From a virus: DNA of 31,813 bases. The stretch lies in the IMG/VR virus record IMGVR_UViG_3300045988_099307. One strand, given 5' to 3'. Shown here in pieces: positions 8,108-14,692 of this stretch. The notes under the pieces are model-generated. The model was not told the DNA's origin and did no database searches. It was given only the letters and a program-made list of their open reading frames with translations. Within the stretch, counting starts at the first letter, position 1; each line of letters begins with the position of its first letter. Both the position numbers and the translations under genes were made by a program.

Positions 8108-8438
8108 ATTTATAAATTTTTATGTGCATTGCTACACACAGCCCGCGCTCGGAGTTAATTATTTTTTCTACCGATACCGAGGCTTTATTATGGAGATATA
8201 AGCCCCGTATTTTGTTTAAGTCCTTATACCCTATAAAACCTATTTGCTCGTTCTTTTTAGTAAATACACCTATCGTATCGGGATAATCGGCAGTCGGCGC
8301 AGGGTGGAATAATAAATCGTCGCCCACCTTTAACCGCGCTATGTACGTTTGACGGCTCGTGCCGTTTTCGTTTGTGTATGCCGTACCCCATACGTCGCAA
8401 GAAAACTCGTCAATTACTTTTTTAGAAAACAACCCCAT
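8106..8438 (-). CDS. Stand-alone HIRAN-like domain protein (the only convincing minus-strand gene)
   Basis: The start at 8438 (MGLFSKK) lies 7 nt after GGAGG. The pattern VWGTAY...RLKVGDDLLFHP...DTIGVFTKKNEQIGFIG fits the HIRAN fold. The gene has its own promoter and terminator. Confidence 0.55.
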   Translation of the reverse strand: MGLFSKKVIDEFSCDVWGTAYTNENGTSRQTYIARLKVGDDLLFHPAPTADYPDTIGVFTKKNEQIGFIGYKDLNKIRGLYLHNKASVSVEKIINSERGLCVAMHIKIYK

Positions 8439-8452
8439 TTCCATACCTCCAT

Positions 8453-8622
8453 AAAAAAAGTGCGTGCAACTCGTCGCTGCACGCACGAAAAACGCAAGCT
8501 CCGAATTGCTACCACACTAATTCTATGTTTTACGCTATAAGACGCAAAAACGAGCCCGCATTTTTACCGAAGTAAAAAAAGCGCACTTACAGCATAAAAC
8601 AAATTATTAAATTAGTGTGGTA
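8453..8622 (-). promoter_or_regulatory. Candidate structured 5' leader / attenuator upstream of the HIRAN-like gene
   Basis: On the minus strand, a 13-nt perfect pairing (8622-8610 with 8522-8510) encloses 87 nt that include a UUCG-capped stem. This is followed by the hairpin gtgcgtgca/tgcacgcac (8486-8460) and a U7 run (8459-8453) directly abutting the RBS. Confidence 0.5.
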
Positions 8623-8627
8623 CCCTT

Positions 8628-8656
8628 ATTATATCAGAAAACCGCCGCGCTTTCAA
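8628..8656 (-). promoter_or_regulatory. Sigma70-type promoter (TTGAAA-17-TATAAT) driving the leader and HIRAN gene
   Basis: The reverse complement of 8651-8656 is ttgaaa and of 8628-8633 is tataat, with an exact 17-nt spacer. The predicted TSS falls at about 8620-8622, the first bases of the 13-nt pairing element. Confidence 0.7.
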
Positions 8657-8696
8657 TAATAATTGCAAAAAACCGCAAAAAGTTTTGAAAAAGGGC

Positions 8697-8725
8697 TTGA
8701 CAAATACGCATTAAAGGCGTATAAT
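8697..8725 (+). promoter_or_regulatory. Consensus sigma70-type promoter (TTGACA-17-TATAAT) for hicAB
   Basis: ttgaca at 8697-8702, a 17-nt spacer, tataat at 8720-8725; followed by the RBS gagaggag and the ATG at 8743. Confidence 0.8.
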
Positions 8726-8742
8726 ATAAACATAGAGAGGAG

Positions 8743-8925
8743 ATGATACAAACGAAAAGAGCAGACCTCATAAAGCTACTCGAAAAAAACGGTTGGTACT
8801 TAAAAAGAAACGGAGGCGGGCACGACATCTACACCAACGGAAAAGAGAGCGAAACAATCCCGAGGCACAGAGAATTAAAAGAAAATCTCGCAAGGGCAAT
8901 AATTAAAAGGCGGGGGCTCAAATGA
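8743..8925 (+). CDS. hicA: HicA-family toxin (mRNA interferase)
   Basis: A 60-aa protein: LIKLLEKNGWYLKRNGGGHDIYTNGK...IPRHRELKENLARAIIKRRGL, a typical HicA sequence. Confidence 0.85.
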   Translation: MIQTKRADLIKLLEKNGWYLKRNGGGHDIYTNGKESETIPRHRELKENLARAIIKRRGLK

Positions 8926-8974
8926 GCCCCACGCCGCCCGAGCTTAATATATATTTTATTGGAGGTAACTATAT

Positions 8975-9370
8975 ATGAAAAATTCATATCCTATTTTGCT
9001 TATACCCGAGGATAAGGGCTTTACGGTTTATATTCCCGATTTTGATATTAACACACAAGGCGAGGATTTAACCGACGCTATCGAAATGGCGCGGGACGCT
9101 ATCGGCTTAATGGGTATTGATATGGAGGACGACGGAAAAGCGCTGCCTACACCCCGCAAGCTCGATACTGTTAAAACGGCGCAAGGAGAAATCGTAACGC
9201 TTGTAGACGTTGACTTTGCAGAATATCGGCGCAAAAACGAAATGAGAGTAGTTAAGAAAAATTGCACTCTCCCGAGTTGGCTTTGCTATGCGGCAGAAAA
9301 GGCAAATATTAACTTTTCCCAGGCTTTACAAGAGGCACTCAAACGGGAATTGAAAATAACAGACAAATAA
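8975..9370 (+). CDS. hicB: HicB-family antitoxin with a C-terminal RHH-like DNA-binding tail
   Basis: YPILLIPEDKGFTVYIPDFDINTQGEDLTDAIEMARDAI is a HicB N-domain. The gene is adjacent to hicA and has a GGAGG RBS. Confidence 0.8.
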   Translation: MKNSYPILLIPEDKGFTVYIPDFDINTQGEDLTDAIEMARDAIGLMGIDMEDDGKALPTPRKLDTVKTAQGEIVTLVDVDFAEYRRKNEMRVVKKNCTLPSWLCYAAEKANINFSQALQEALKRELKITDK

Positions 9371-9385
9371 GCAAAAACACACTTT

Positions 9386-9426
9386 AGCCCGTCCCCTTTT
9401 GAGAGGGAGCGGGCTTTACTATTTTT
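9386..9426 (+). terminator. Probable terminator after hicB
   Basis: agcccgtcccc / gggagcgggct imperfect hairpin followed by a T-rich tract. Confidence 0.55.
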
Positions 9427-9429
9427 ATG

Positions 9430-9453
9430 ATAAAACGGAGTGATTTTATTATG
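9430..9453 (+). repeat. Gene-junction repeat, copy A (ataaaacggagtgattttAttatg)
   Basis: Shares ataaaacggagtgatttt and ttatg with copies B and C, and ends in the start codon of the transposase. Confidence 0.85.
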
Positions 9454-10497
9454 GGTACTTGCTACAACCACCTTACATTTACAGACCGTCTACAAATCGA
9501 GGCTTGGCAAAAAGCGGGCATAAGCAAGGCGCAAATGGCGGAGCTGCTCGGCGTGCATTTAAGCACTATATATCGGGAATTAAAGCGCGGAGTATATACA
9601 CGCCTCAACAGCGACTTAACCGAGGAGGAGCGATACAGCCCCGATATAGCCGAGGAGAAATACAGAGAAAACCTCAAGGCAAAGGGAGCAGGACTCAAAA
9701 TAGACCACGACCACGAATACGCTACATATCTTGAATACAAAGTATCGGCAGAAAAATACGCCCCTGGTGCTGTCCTCGGCGAAATAAAAAGAAAAGGTAT
9801 AGAATTTAATACCACCATTTCAAAAACGACTTTTTACCGATATATCGAGGACGGCGTTTTTCTCACGATAACAAACAAAGACCTACCCGTTAAATGCAAC
9901 AAAGACAAGCAGAAATACGATAGAGTAAAACCGAACAGGGCACCCGCGGGTAAAAGCATTGAAAAGCGCCCCGAGGAAGTCGCGGAGCGCGATACTTTCG
10001 GTCATTGGGAAATGGATTGCGTCGTAGGTAAAAAAGGCACAAAGAAAACTTTTCTTGTCCTTACCGAAAGATACAGCCGCTACGAGATTATCCGCATTAT
10101 GAAAGACCATACCGCCGCAAGTGTAATAAAAGCTCTTAACGGAATAGAGCGGAGCTACGGAGCGGGCTTGTTCTCAAAGGTTTTTCAAACTATAACCGTA
10201 GACAACGGCTCGGAATTTTCCGACTATGAGGGACTCGAGCAGAGCTGCCGCAAAAATGACTCACGCACAACGGTTTATTATTGCCACCCGTACAGCTCGT
10301 ACGAGCGCGGCTCAAATGAAAATCAAAATAAAATGGTGCGTCGTCATTATCCGAAAGGTATTAGCCTTGATAAAGTTACCCCCGCAGATACCCGAAAACT
10401 CGAAAAATGGATTAACGACTATCCGCGGGGAATTTTTGATTATTACAGCTCTGCGGACATATACGAGGCTTGCATAAACAGCATATTAGCCGCTTAA
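9451..10497 (+). CDS. IS30-family DDE transposase/integrase
   Basis: N-terminal HTH (LTFTDRLQIEAWQKAGISKAQMAELLGVHLSTIYRELKRG) and a DDE core (HWEMDCV...ITVDNGSEFS...YERGSNENQNKMVRR). The start at 9451 (MGTCYNHL) follows the junction repeat. Confidence 0.85.
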   Translation: MGTCYNHLTFTDRLQIEAWQKAGISKAQMAELLGVHLSTIYRELKRGVYTRLNSDLTEEERYSPDIAEEKYRENLKAKGAGLKIDHDHEYATYLEYKVSAEKYAPGAVLGEIKRKGIEFNTTISKTTFYRYIEDGVFLTITNKDLPVKCNKDKQKYDRVKPNRAPAGKSIEKRPEEVAERDTFGHWEMDCVVGKKGTKKTFLVLTERYSRYEIIRIMKDHTAASVIKALNGIERSYGAGLFSKVFQTITVDNGSEFSDYEGLEQSCRKNDSRTTVYYCHPYSSYERGSNENQNKMVRRHYPKGISLDKVTPADTRKLEKWINDYPRGIFDYYSSADIYEACINSILAA

Positions 10498-10541
10498 AGC
10501 ACGTCAAAATAAATTTTTTTGCACTTTTTCGCATTTACCCC

Positions 10542-10570
10542 TTGACTTTTCAGTTAAAAAGTTTTACAAT
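10542..10570 (+). promoter_or_regulatory. Promoter-like element (TTGACT-17-TACAAT)
   Basis: ttgact at 10542-10547, a 17-nt spacer, tacaat at 10565-10570. It directly abuts the left arm of the following hairpin. Confidence 0.45.
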
Positions 10571-10612
10571 AAGTGCGAAAGGTTTTTAAGACCTTACCGC
10601 ACTTATTTTTTT
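10571..10612 (+). terminator. Rho-independent terminator downstream of the transposase
   Basis: aagtgcg (10571-10577) pairs with cgcactt (10598-10604), with an inner aaggt/acctt stem, followed by T7. Confidence 0.7.
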
Positions 10613-10691
10613 ATGGCTTTTGCCTATAACGAGGATAGAGCAACGCAGAGGTGCGACTCGAGCGCGTTATAGGATTTTAGCATAAGGGAAT

Positions 10692-10715
10692 AGAGGGCGG
10701 GCGCGCCCGCCCTCT
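10692..10715. promoter_or_regulatory. Perfect 24-bp GC-rich palindrome (candidate operator or recombination site)
   Basis: agagggcgggcg|cgcccgccctct has perfect dyad symmetry. It lies 33 nt upstream of the 10748 start, and no T-run follows on either strand. Confidence 0.5.
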
Positions 10716-10747
10716 GCTCTCAAAACAAAATGAAAGGAGTAAACGTA

Positions 10748-11005
10748 ATGACGTGCCGATACCTCACATACGAGGACAGAAAGAGTCTCGAGGCTCTTTA
10801 CGCCGACAGCGTAAGCCTTACCGACATTGCCTCCGAGCTCGGAGTACACCTTGCCACCGTTTACAGAGAACTAACGCGCGGCGGCACGGGCGAACTTGAC
10901 AAAAACGGGCGTAGCGGTTACAGCGCCGCACTCGGTCAAAAGCGCGTTAGCGAGAATTTCAAACGCCGCGGCAGACGAGCGGCAAATAATAATAAAACGG
11001 AGTGA
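10748..11005 (+). CDS. Stand-alone IS30-type HTH (HTH_38-like) DNA-binding protein
   Basis: The start at 10748 lies 8 nt after AAAGGAG. CRYLTYEDRKSLEALYADSVSLTDIASELGVHLATVYRELTRG is paralogous to the transposase N-terminus. There is no DDE domain. Confidence 0.7.
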   Translation: MTCRYLTYEDRKSLEALYADSVSLTDIASELGVHLATVYRELTRGGTGELDKNGRSGYSAALGQKRVSENFKRRGRRAANNNKTE

Positions 11006-11017
11006 TTTTGTTATGAA
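10984..11017 (+). repeat. Gene-junction repeat, copy B (34 nt identical to copy C)
   Basis: aaataataataaaacggagtgattttgttatgaa contains the stop codon of the upstream gene (NNNKTE*), an RBS-like ggag, and the ATG of the downstream gene. Confidence 0.9.
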
Positions 11018-11243
11018 CAAGGTACGCAGAAAAGAATTGCAGGAACTCTACGACATTATCTCCGAGGCAAAAGACCGCCTCGAGATGTTGCACGACGAGG
11101 AGGAGGAATACAAGGACAATATGCCCGAAAACCTCCAAAGCTCGGAACGCTACGAAAGAGCAGAGGCGGCGGTAGACGCTCTCGACTCTGCCGTATCCTC
11201 TCTTGAGGAGGCACTCGACTACATAGAGGAGGCGCAAGAATGA
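11013..11243 (+). CDS. Small acidic helical hypothetical protein
   Basis: ATG at 11013 within the junction repeat; codon usage is coherent; ATGA-type overlap with the next gene. Confidence 0.55.
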   Translation: MNKVRRKELQELYDIISEAKDRLEMLHDEEEEYKDNMPENLQSSERYERAEAAVDALDSAVSSLEEALDYIEEAQE

Positions 11244-11791
11244 CAGAGCAAAAAGAGCGCCTCAAGAAACTATATGCCCTCGCCTTGCGCGGCGTTGGCG
11301 GCGAAAAAGAGCAAGCCCAGGCTATATTCGATAAATTACTTAAAAAATATGCTATGACGCTTGATGACCTCGACGACGAGGTTATACAAGAGTACGACCT
11401 CGAATATCACGGCAAAGAGCAAGACCGTATTTTAATGCAGACCGCATATAAAGTTACGGACGATAAAAACGCGTTTAACCACTTGCAATATAACCATAGC
11501 GGCAGAGCTTGCCGTACCCGCCTACGCGTGCGCTGCACCGCTGCTCAAAAGGCAGAGATAGAGTTTTTGTTTAGCTTTTATGTAAGGCTTTGGGAAAAAG
11601 AAAAAGAGGCTTTGTTACAAGCGTTTTTTCAAAAGCACCGAATTTTTGGAAATCTCAAAGACGGAGAAAGCGGAGCGGAGCTTTCTCCCGAGGAATTGTT
11701 AAAGCTCGAGCTTATGATGAAAGGGCTATCGGACGAACAGCCATTAAAGCAGCTCACGGACGGAGCAGAAAATAATAATAAAACGGAGTGA
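11240..11791 (+). CDS. Hypothetical protein with a DUF2786-like N-terminus
   Basis: GAGGAGG RBS. LKKLYALALRGVGGEKEQAQAIFDKLLKKY resembles DUF2786. The C-terminus ENNNKTE* is encoded by junction repeat C. Confidence 0.55.
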   Translation: MTEQKERLKKLYALALRGVGGEKEQAQAIFDKLLKKYAMTLDDLDDEVIQEYDLEYHGKEQDRILMQTAYKVTDDKNAFNHLQYNHSGRACRTRLRVRCTAAQKAEIEFLFSFYVRLWEKEKEALLQAFFQKHRIFGNLKDGESGAELSPEELLKLELMMKGLSDEQPLKQLTDGAENNNKTE

Positions 11792-11803
11792 TTTTGTTAT
11801 GAA
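11770..11803 (+). repeat. Gene-junction repeat, copy C
   Basis: Identical 34-mer to 10984-11017. Confidence 0.9.
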
Positions 11804-12194
11804 ACACGAGCGCTACATAATCAACGACGCGGAAATAGCGTTACTTGAGAAATACGAGGGCACATTATCCCAAACAAAAGACCCTCATAGGTACGATACA
11901 TTCGATAAAAAAACTCTTGCCGCCTTGTGCAGATTGAAAGACCGTAGCAACGATATGTTTTTCAAACGTTATCAAGCCGCTTGTGAAGTTATCGACATAA
12001 TAGCAGAACAAGTCGGCATAAACCCCGATAATTCAGGCTATTGGCTATATGCTCCCGATTACGACGACTCAAGCCCGATTTTAAGACGTATAGAGGAATG
12101 GATTAGCCGAAGCGGCGAAAAGGCACAGTTAAAACGCCGCGTGCAAGAATTAGAACAGGAAAACGCAATTTTGCGAACGCTGATACATAAGTGA
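11799..12194 (+). CDS. Hypothetical protein with a C-terminal coiled coil
   Basis: ATG within the junction repeat; 131 aa; no motif recognised. Confidence 0.55.
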   Translation: MKHERYIINDAEIALLEKYEGTLSQTKDPHRYDTFDKKTLAALCRLKDRSNDMFFKRYQAACEVIDIIAEQVGINPDNSGYWLYAPDYDDSSPILRRIEEWISRSGEKAQLKRRVQELEQENAILRTLIHK

Positions 12195-12203
12195 GGTGTC
12201 TGT

Positions 12204-12407
12204 ATGAACATTAAACCGAATAAACAACCTTGCCCTATTTGCAAAAACCACAAAGGCGGCACGCCGCTTATGATACGGGACGACAACGCAGAAAAACACC
12301 CGTACACACATATTTGTAATTGCCCTTATTGCGGACGCTTTCTTGCTGAAAACTACGAAAGCTCCGACGAAATCAAAGAGGAGGTATCACAATGTGCAAA
12401 CCCGTAA
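12204..12407 (+). CDS. Small zinc-ribbon protein
   Basis: CPICKN...CNCPYCGRF CxxC pairs; GAGGTG RBS. Confidence 0.55.
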   Translation: MNIKPNKQPCPICKNHKGGTPLMIRDDNAEKHPYTHICNCPYCGRFLAENYESSDEIKEEVSQCANP

Positions 12408-12838
12408 AGTGCCCGCAATGCGGACACGAATTTACACCCGAGCGGGCTATTAAATCGGGAACTTGGACTCCCGCGGAGGACGAGCTGTTACTGAACGGCT
12501 ACCAAAAGGAGCGGAAAACCATTGCCGAGCTCTCGGACGAGCTTAACCGTTCCCAGGACGCAACCCGCAACCGCTTATTTGTTCTCCGCGGCGGAGGCAA
12601 GCCCAAAGGCGTTACGGCAAGCGTGCAACTCACAGCGAAAGAATACGACGAAATGAGAGCGGCGCGCCAGGAAGTAAAGAGTGCCCGAAAGCTCGTAGAG
12701 CAAGCAAAGGACACCGAGCGCGAGCTCGCCGCCTTTTATGCCCTCGGTAAGCAGCTTATAAACGCAAGGCAAAACAAGCGAGTTATCGCCCCTCTGTTTG
12801 AGGAACTCGAGCGGCTCGTTAATGCCTACAAGTTTTAG
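12392..12838 (+). CDS. Zn-ribbon plus SANT/Myb-like HTH protein (putative DNA-binding regulator)
   Basis: An N-terminal CPQCGH motif, then WTPAEDELLLNGYQKERKTIAELSDELNRSQDATRNRL (Myb-like); GAGGAGG RBS. Confidence 0.55.
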   Translation: MCKPVKCPQCGHEFTPERAIKSGTWTPAEDELLLNGYQKERKTIAELSDELNRSQDATRNRLFVLRGGGKPKGVTASVQLTAKEYDEMRAARQEVKSARKLVEQAKDTERELAAFYALGKQLINARQNKRVIAPLFEELERLVNAYKF

Positions 12839-12848
12839 GAGGCAAGCC

Positions 12849-13082
12849 GTGCGAGAATACAGGCGTAAAGAATTACGCGAGAGGGAGCGCCTCGGCTACT
12901 CGTGTATATCGGCAGGGCGGCAATGCTGCTACATAATCAAACAAGCAGTCGCCGCAAAGCTACGGGACTTTCGCTCCCGCTTTAAGCTATGGACTACGAG
13001 AGGCAAAAGCTGTAAGCGTTGTTGCTTACGGTGTAAATATTTCGGCTATTGCAGCCCCGATTTTAATAACGATAAGGAGTAA
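12849..13082 (+). CDS. Small basic Cys-rich hypothetical protein
   Basis: GTG at 12849 lies 6 nt after AGGAGG. The track start at 12798 lies inside the previous gene. Confidence 0.4.
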   Translation: MREYRRKELRERERLGYSCISAGRQCCYIIKQAVAAKLRDFRSRFKLWTTRGKSCKRCCLRCKYFGYCSPDFNNDKE

Positions 13083-13087
13083 AAGTT

Positions 13088-13771
13088 ATGAACGACAATA
13101 TTTTACGCGCTATTGAGTCGCTTTGCAACGATATAGCCACCAACACAAACGCAGAGGACAACCAAAAGAGAGCAAATGCAATTTTAGCTCTTGCTTTCGG
13201 CGGGATATTCACGCCCGAGGAAATTGAGGAGGACTACACCGAGGACGACTCCGCAGCGGGAGCGGAAAAAGATAAAATCAAATTCCCGAAACCTGGCGAG
13301 CAATTCGAGTATAACGGCATTAAGTTTACCGCTCTCGGAGAGGAGCAGGGCGGCGTACTTGCCATTGTCTCGGAATTACTCGAGGACGAAATGCCGCTCG
13401 ACGAAAGCAATAAAAACGACTGGCGCACCTCCTCGCTCCGTAAATACCTTAACGGAGAATACCTCGAACAATTCAACCGCGGCGACCTCCTCCCGTTTGT
13501 ATCGGACTTGACCTCCGACGACGGTATGAAAGACTACGGCACCGCCGAGGATTACGTTTTCCTCCTCTCGTGCGACCTTTACCGCAAATACAGAGAGTCC
13601 GTGCCGCGCTTTAATAATTGGTGGTGGACGCTTACGCCCTGGACTTGCAGCCCGTCCAGCGCGAGCTTCGCGCGCATTGTCCACTCCTCGGGCGAAGTGG
13701 GCTACAGCAGTGCGTACAACGGTAACGGCGTAGCCCCCGCTTGTCTGTTCAATCCTAAAATCTTTGAATAA
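13088..13771 (+). CDS. DGR target protein 2: small lectin-fold (DUF6273-like) protein with an acidic N-terminus, ending in VR2
   Basis: AAGGAG RBS. NDWRTSSLRKYLNGEYL...DYVFLLSCDLY...WWWTLTPW...ARIVHSSGEVGYSSAYNGNGVAPACLF is paralogous to the C-terminal domain of target 1. The last 96 nt of homology match the TR with adenine-only differences. Confidence 0.88.
   Translation: MNDNILRAIESLCNDIATNTNAEDNQKRANAILALAFGGIFTPEEIEEDYTEDDSAAGAEKDKIKFPKPGEQFEYNGIKFTALGEEQGGVLAIVSELLEDEMPLDESNKNDWRTSSLRKYLNGEYLEQFNRGDLLPFVSDLTSDDGMKDYGTAEDYVFLLSCDLYRKYRESVPRFNNWWWTLTPWTCSPSSASFARIVHSSGEVGYSSAYNGNGVAPACLFNPKIFE
13649..13744 (+). repeat. DGR variable repeat 2 (VR2), remote from the cassette
   Basis: Ungapped alignment to TR 3995-4090 (offset 9654) gives 12 mismatches, all at TR adenines: 3996, 4005, 4011, 4013, 4014, 4028, 4046, 4047, 4049, 4053, 4056, 4086. 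DNA homology to the TR stops upstream of 13649. Confidence 0.9.
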
Positions 13772-13772
13772 T

Positions 13773-13790
13773 CCGCCTCGATAGAGGCGA
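13773..13790 (+). promoter_or_regulatory. GC hairpin 28 nt downstream of VR2 (same motif as after VR1)
   Basis: aatccgcctcgAtagaggcgAgaaa compared with aatccgcctcgGtagaggcgGgaaa after VR1. Confidence 0.65.
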
Positions 13791-13804
13791 GAAAGAGGGC
13801 AGCT

Positions 13805-14014
13805 ATGACAAACGAGGAATTAAAAGCCGCGCTCGTCAGCGGGTGCCCCGTAGAAAGCGGCGGAATTGTATATAAGTGCGTTTCGGCTATCATTTACCGA
13901 TACCGCAACGGGAAATTTGACATTTCCGCCGAGGTTACGGACTATTGCGGGCACAGTATTTCAATCATAAGCCCCGAGCGGGCAAAAATCGTAGATAGCG
14001 AGGTAACAAAGTGA
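13805..14014 (+). CDS. Hypothetical protein
   Basis: 69-aa ORF with GTGA overlap to the next gene. Confidence 0.5.
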   Translation: MTNEELKAALVSGCPVESGGIVYKCVSAIIYRYRNGKFDISAEVTDYCGHSISIISPERAKIVDSEVTK

Positions 14015-14610
14015 AACTAAAGCAAATCGAGGCAATATTAAAAGCCGAAAAAACAATAATTGTTTCCGAAACGTCCGCTTGTCAATGGCTCGGGAACGGC
14101 GCGGCATTTTATCCCGTATACAATCTCCCGAAACTCACAAAAGACAATATATTTACTATGTTTGATATTACAGAGGAAAAGCGGGACAAGTTTTATTTTG
14201 AGGAGCGCCCGCTCCCGCCACATATAAATTTTGAGGACGGCGACGACAGCGAGCAGTTACTCGAACGAGGAGCAATAACATTTTATGCACAAGGTAGAAC
14301 GCTTGAGCCGTTAAAAACCTCACAAGGTATAGCCTTTATAAACACTCGGTACTTAAAGCCGTTTTCCGATATTGACGCGGGGTATGAACTTTACGAGAGA
14401 ACGACCGCACAAGGGAAACCGTATATCGCGGTAAAGAGCGGGTTTATGTTACTCGGCATTATTTCCCCCTACGACCTCGTTAATGAAACTTTTATAAACA
14501 ACCTCGACGAAATATTGAAGTTATCGAGAATAGCTCTTTTTAACAAGCAGAAAGACGACTCGATAACAGATACCAACACTCAAGTAAAAATGGAGGATAT
14601 GGAAGTATGA
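14011..14610 (+). CDS. Hypothetical protein
   Basis: GTG start 6 nt after GAGGT; 199 aa; no motif recognised. Confidence 0.55.
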   Translation: MKLKQIEAILKAEKTIIVSETSACQWLGNGAAFYPVYNLPKLTKDNIFTMFDITEEKRDKFYFEERPLPPHINFEDGDDSEQLLERGAITFYAQGRTLEPLKTSQGIAFINTRYLKPFSDIDAGYELYERTTAQGKPYIAVKSGFMLLGIISPYDLVNETFINNLDEILKLSRIALFNKQKDDSITDTNTQVKMEDMEV

Positions 14611-14681
14611 ACGCAATTATTATAACGGCGATTATCTGCGCTACCCTGGTTTTGCTCACATTTATAAATAAAAAGAAATAG
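14607..14681 (+). CDS. Possible 24-aa hydrophobic peptide
   Basis: ATGA overlap with the upstream gene. Translates to MNAIIITAIICATLVLLTFINKKK, a single TM helix with a basic tail. Confidence 0.3.
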   Translation: MNAIIITAIICATLVLLTFINKKK

Positions 14682-14692
14682 GAGGCTTTGCT

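Noticed and set aside
8510-8622. 13-bp inverted repeats (taccacactaatt / aattagtgtggta) flanking 87 bp, considered as a MITE
   Set aside because: There is no flanking target-site duplication, and the right-hand repeat coincides with the predicted transcription start of the minus-strand promoter. An RNA closing helix (or an operator pair) is the better explanation.
10624-10673. 9-bp inverted repeat cctataacg ... cgttatagg spaced by 32 nt
   Set aside because: It is short and could arise by chance in an intergenic region. There is no supporting context, so I do not call it as a feature.
9371-10720. Search for IS30-type terminal inverted repeats and a target-site duplication around the transposase
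   Set aside because: I could not find convincing IRs of 15 bp or more, or flanking direct repeats, by eye. I therefore do not annotate a discrete IS element. This needs a computational check.
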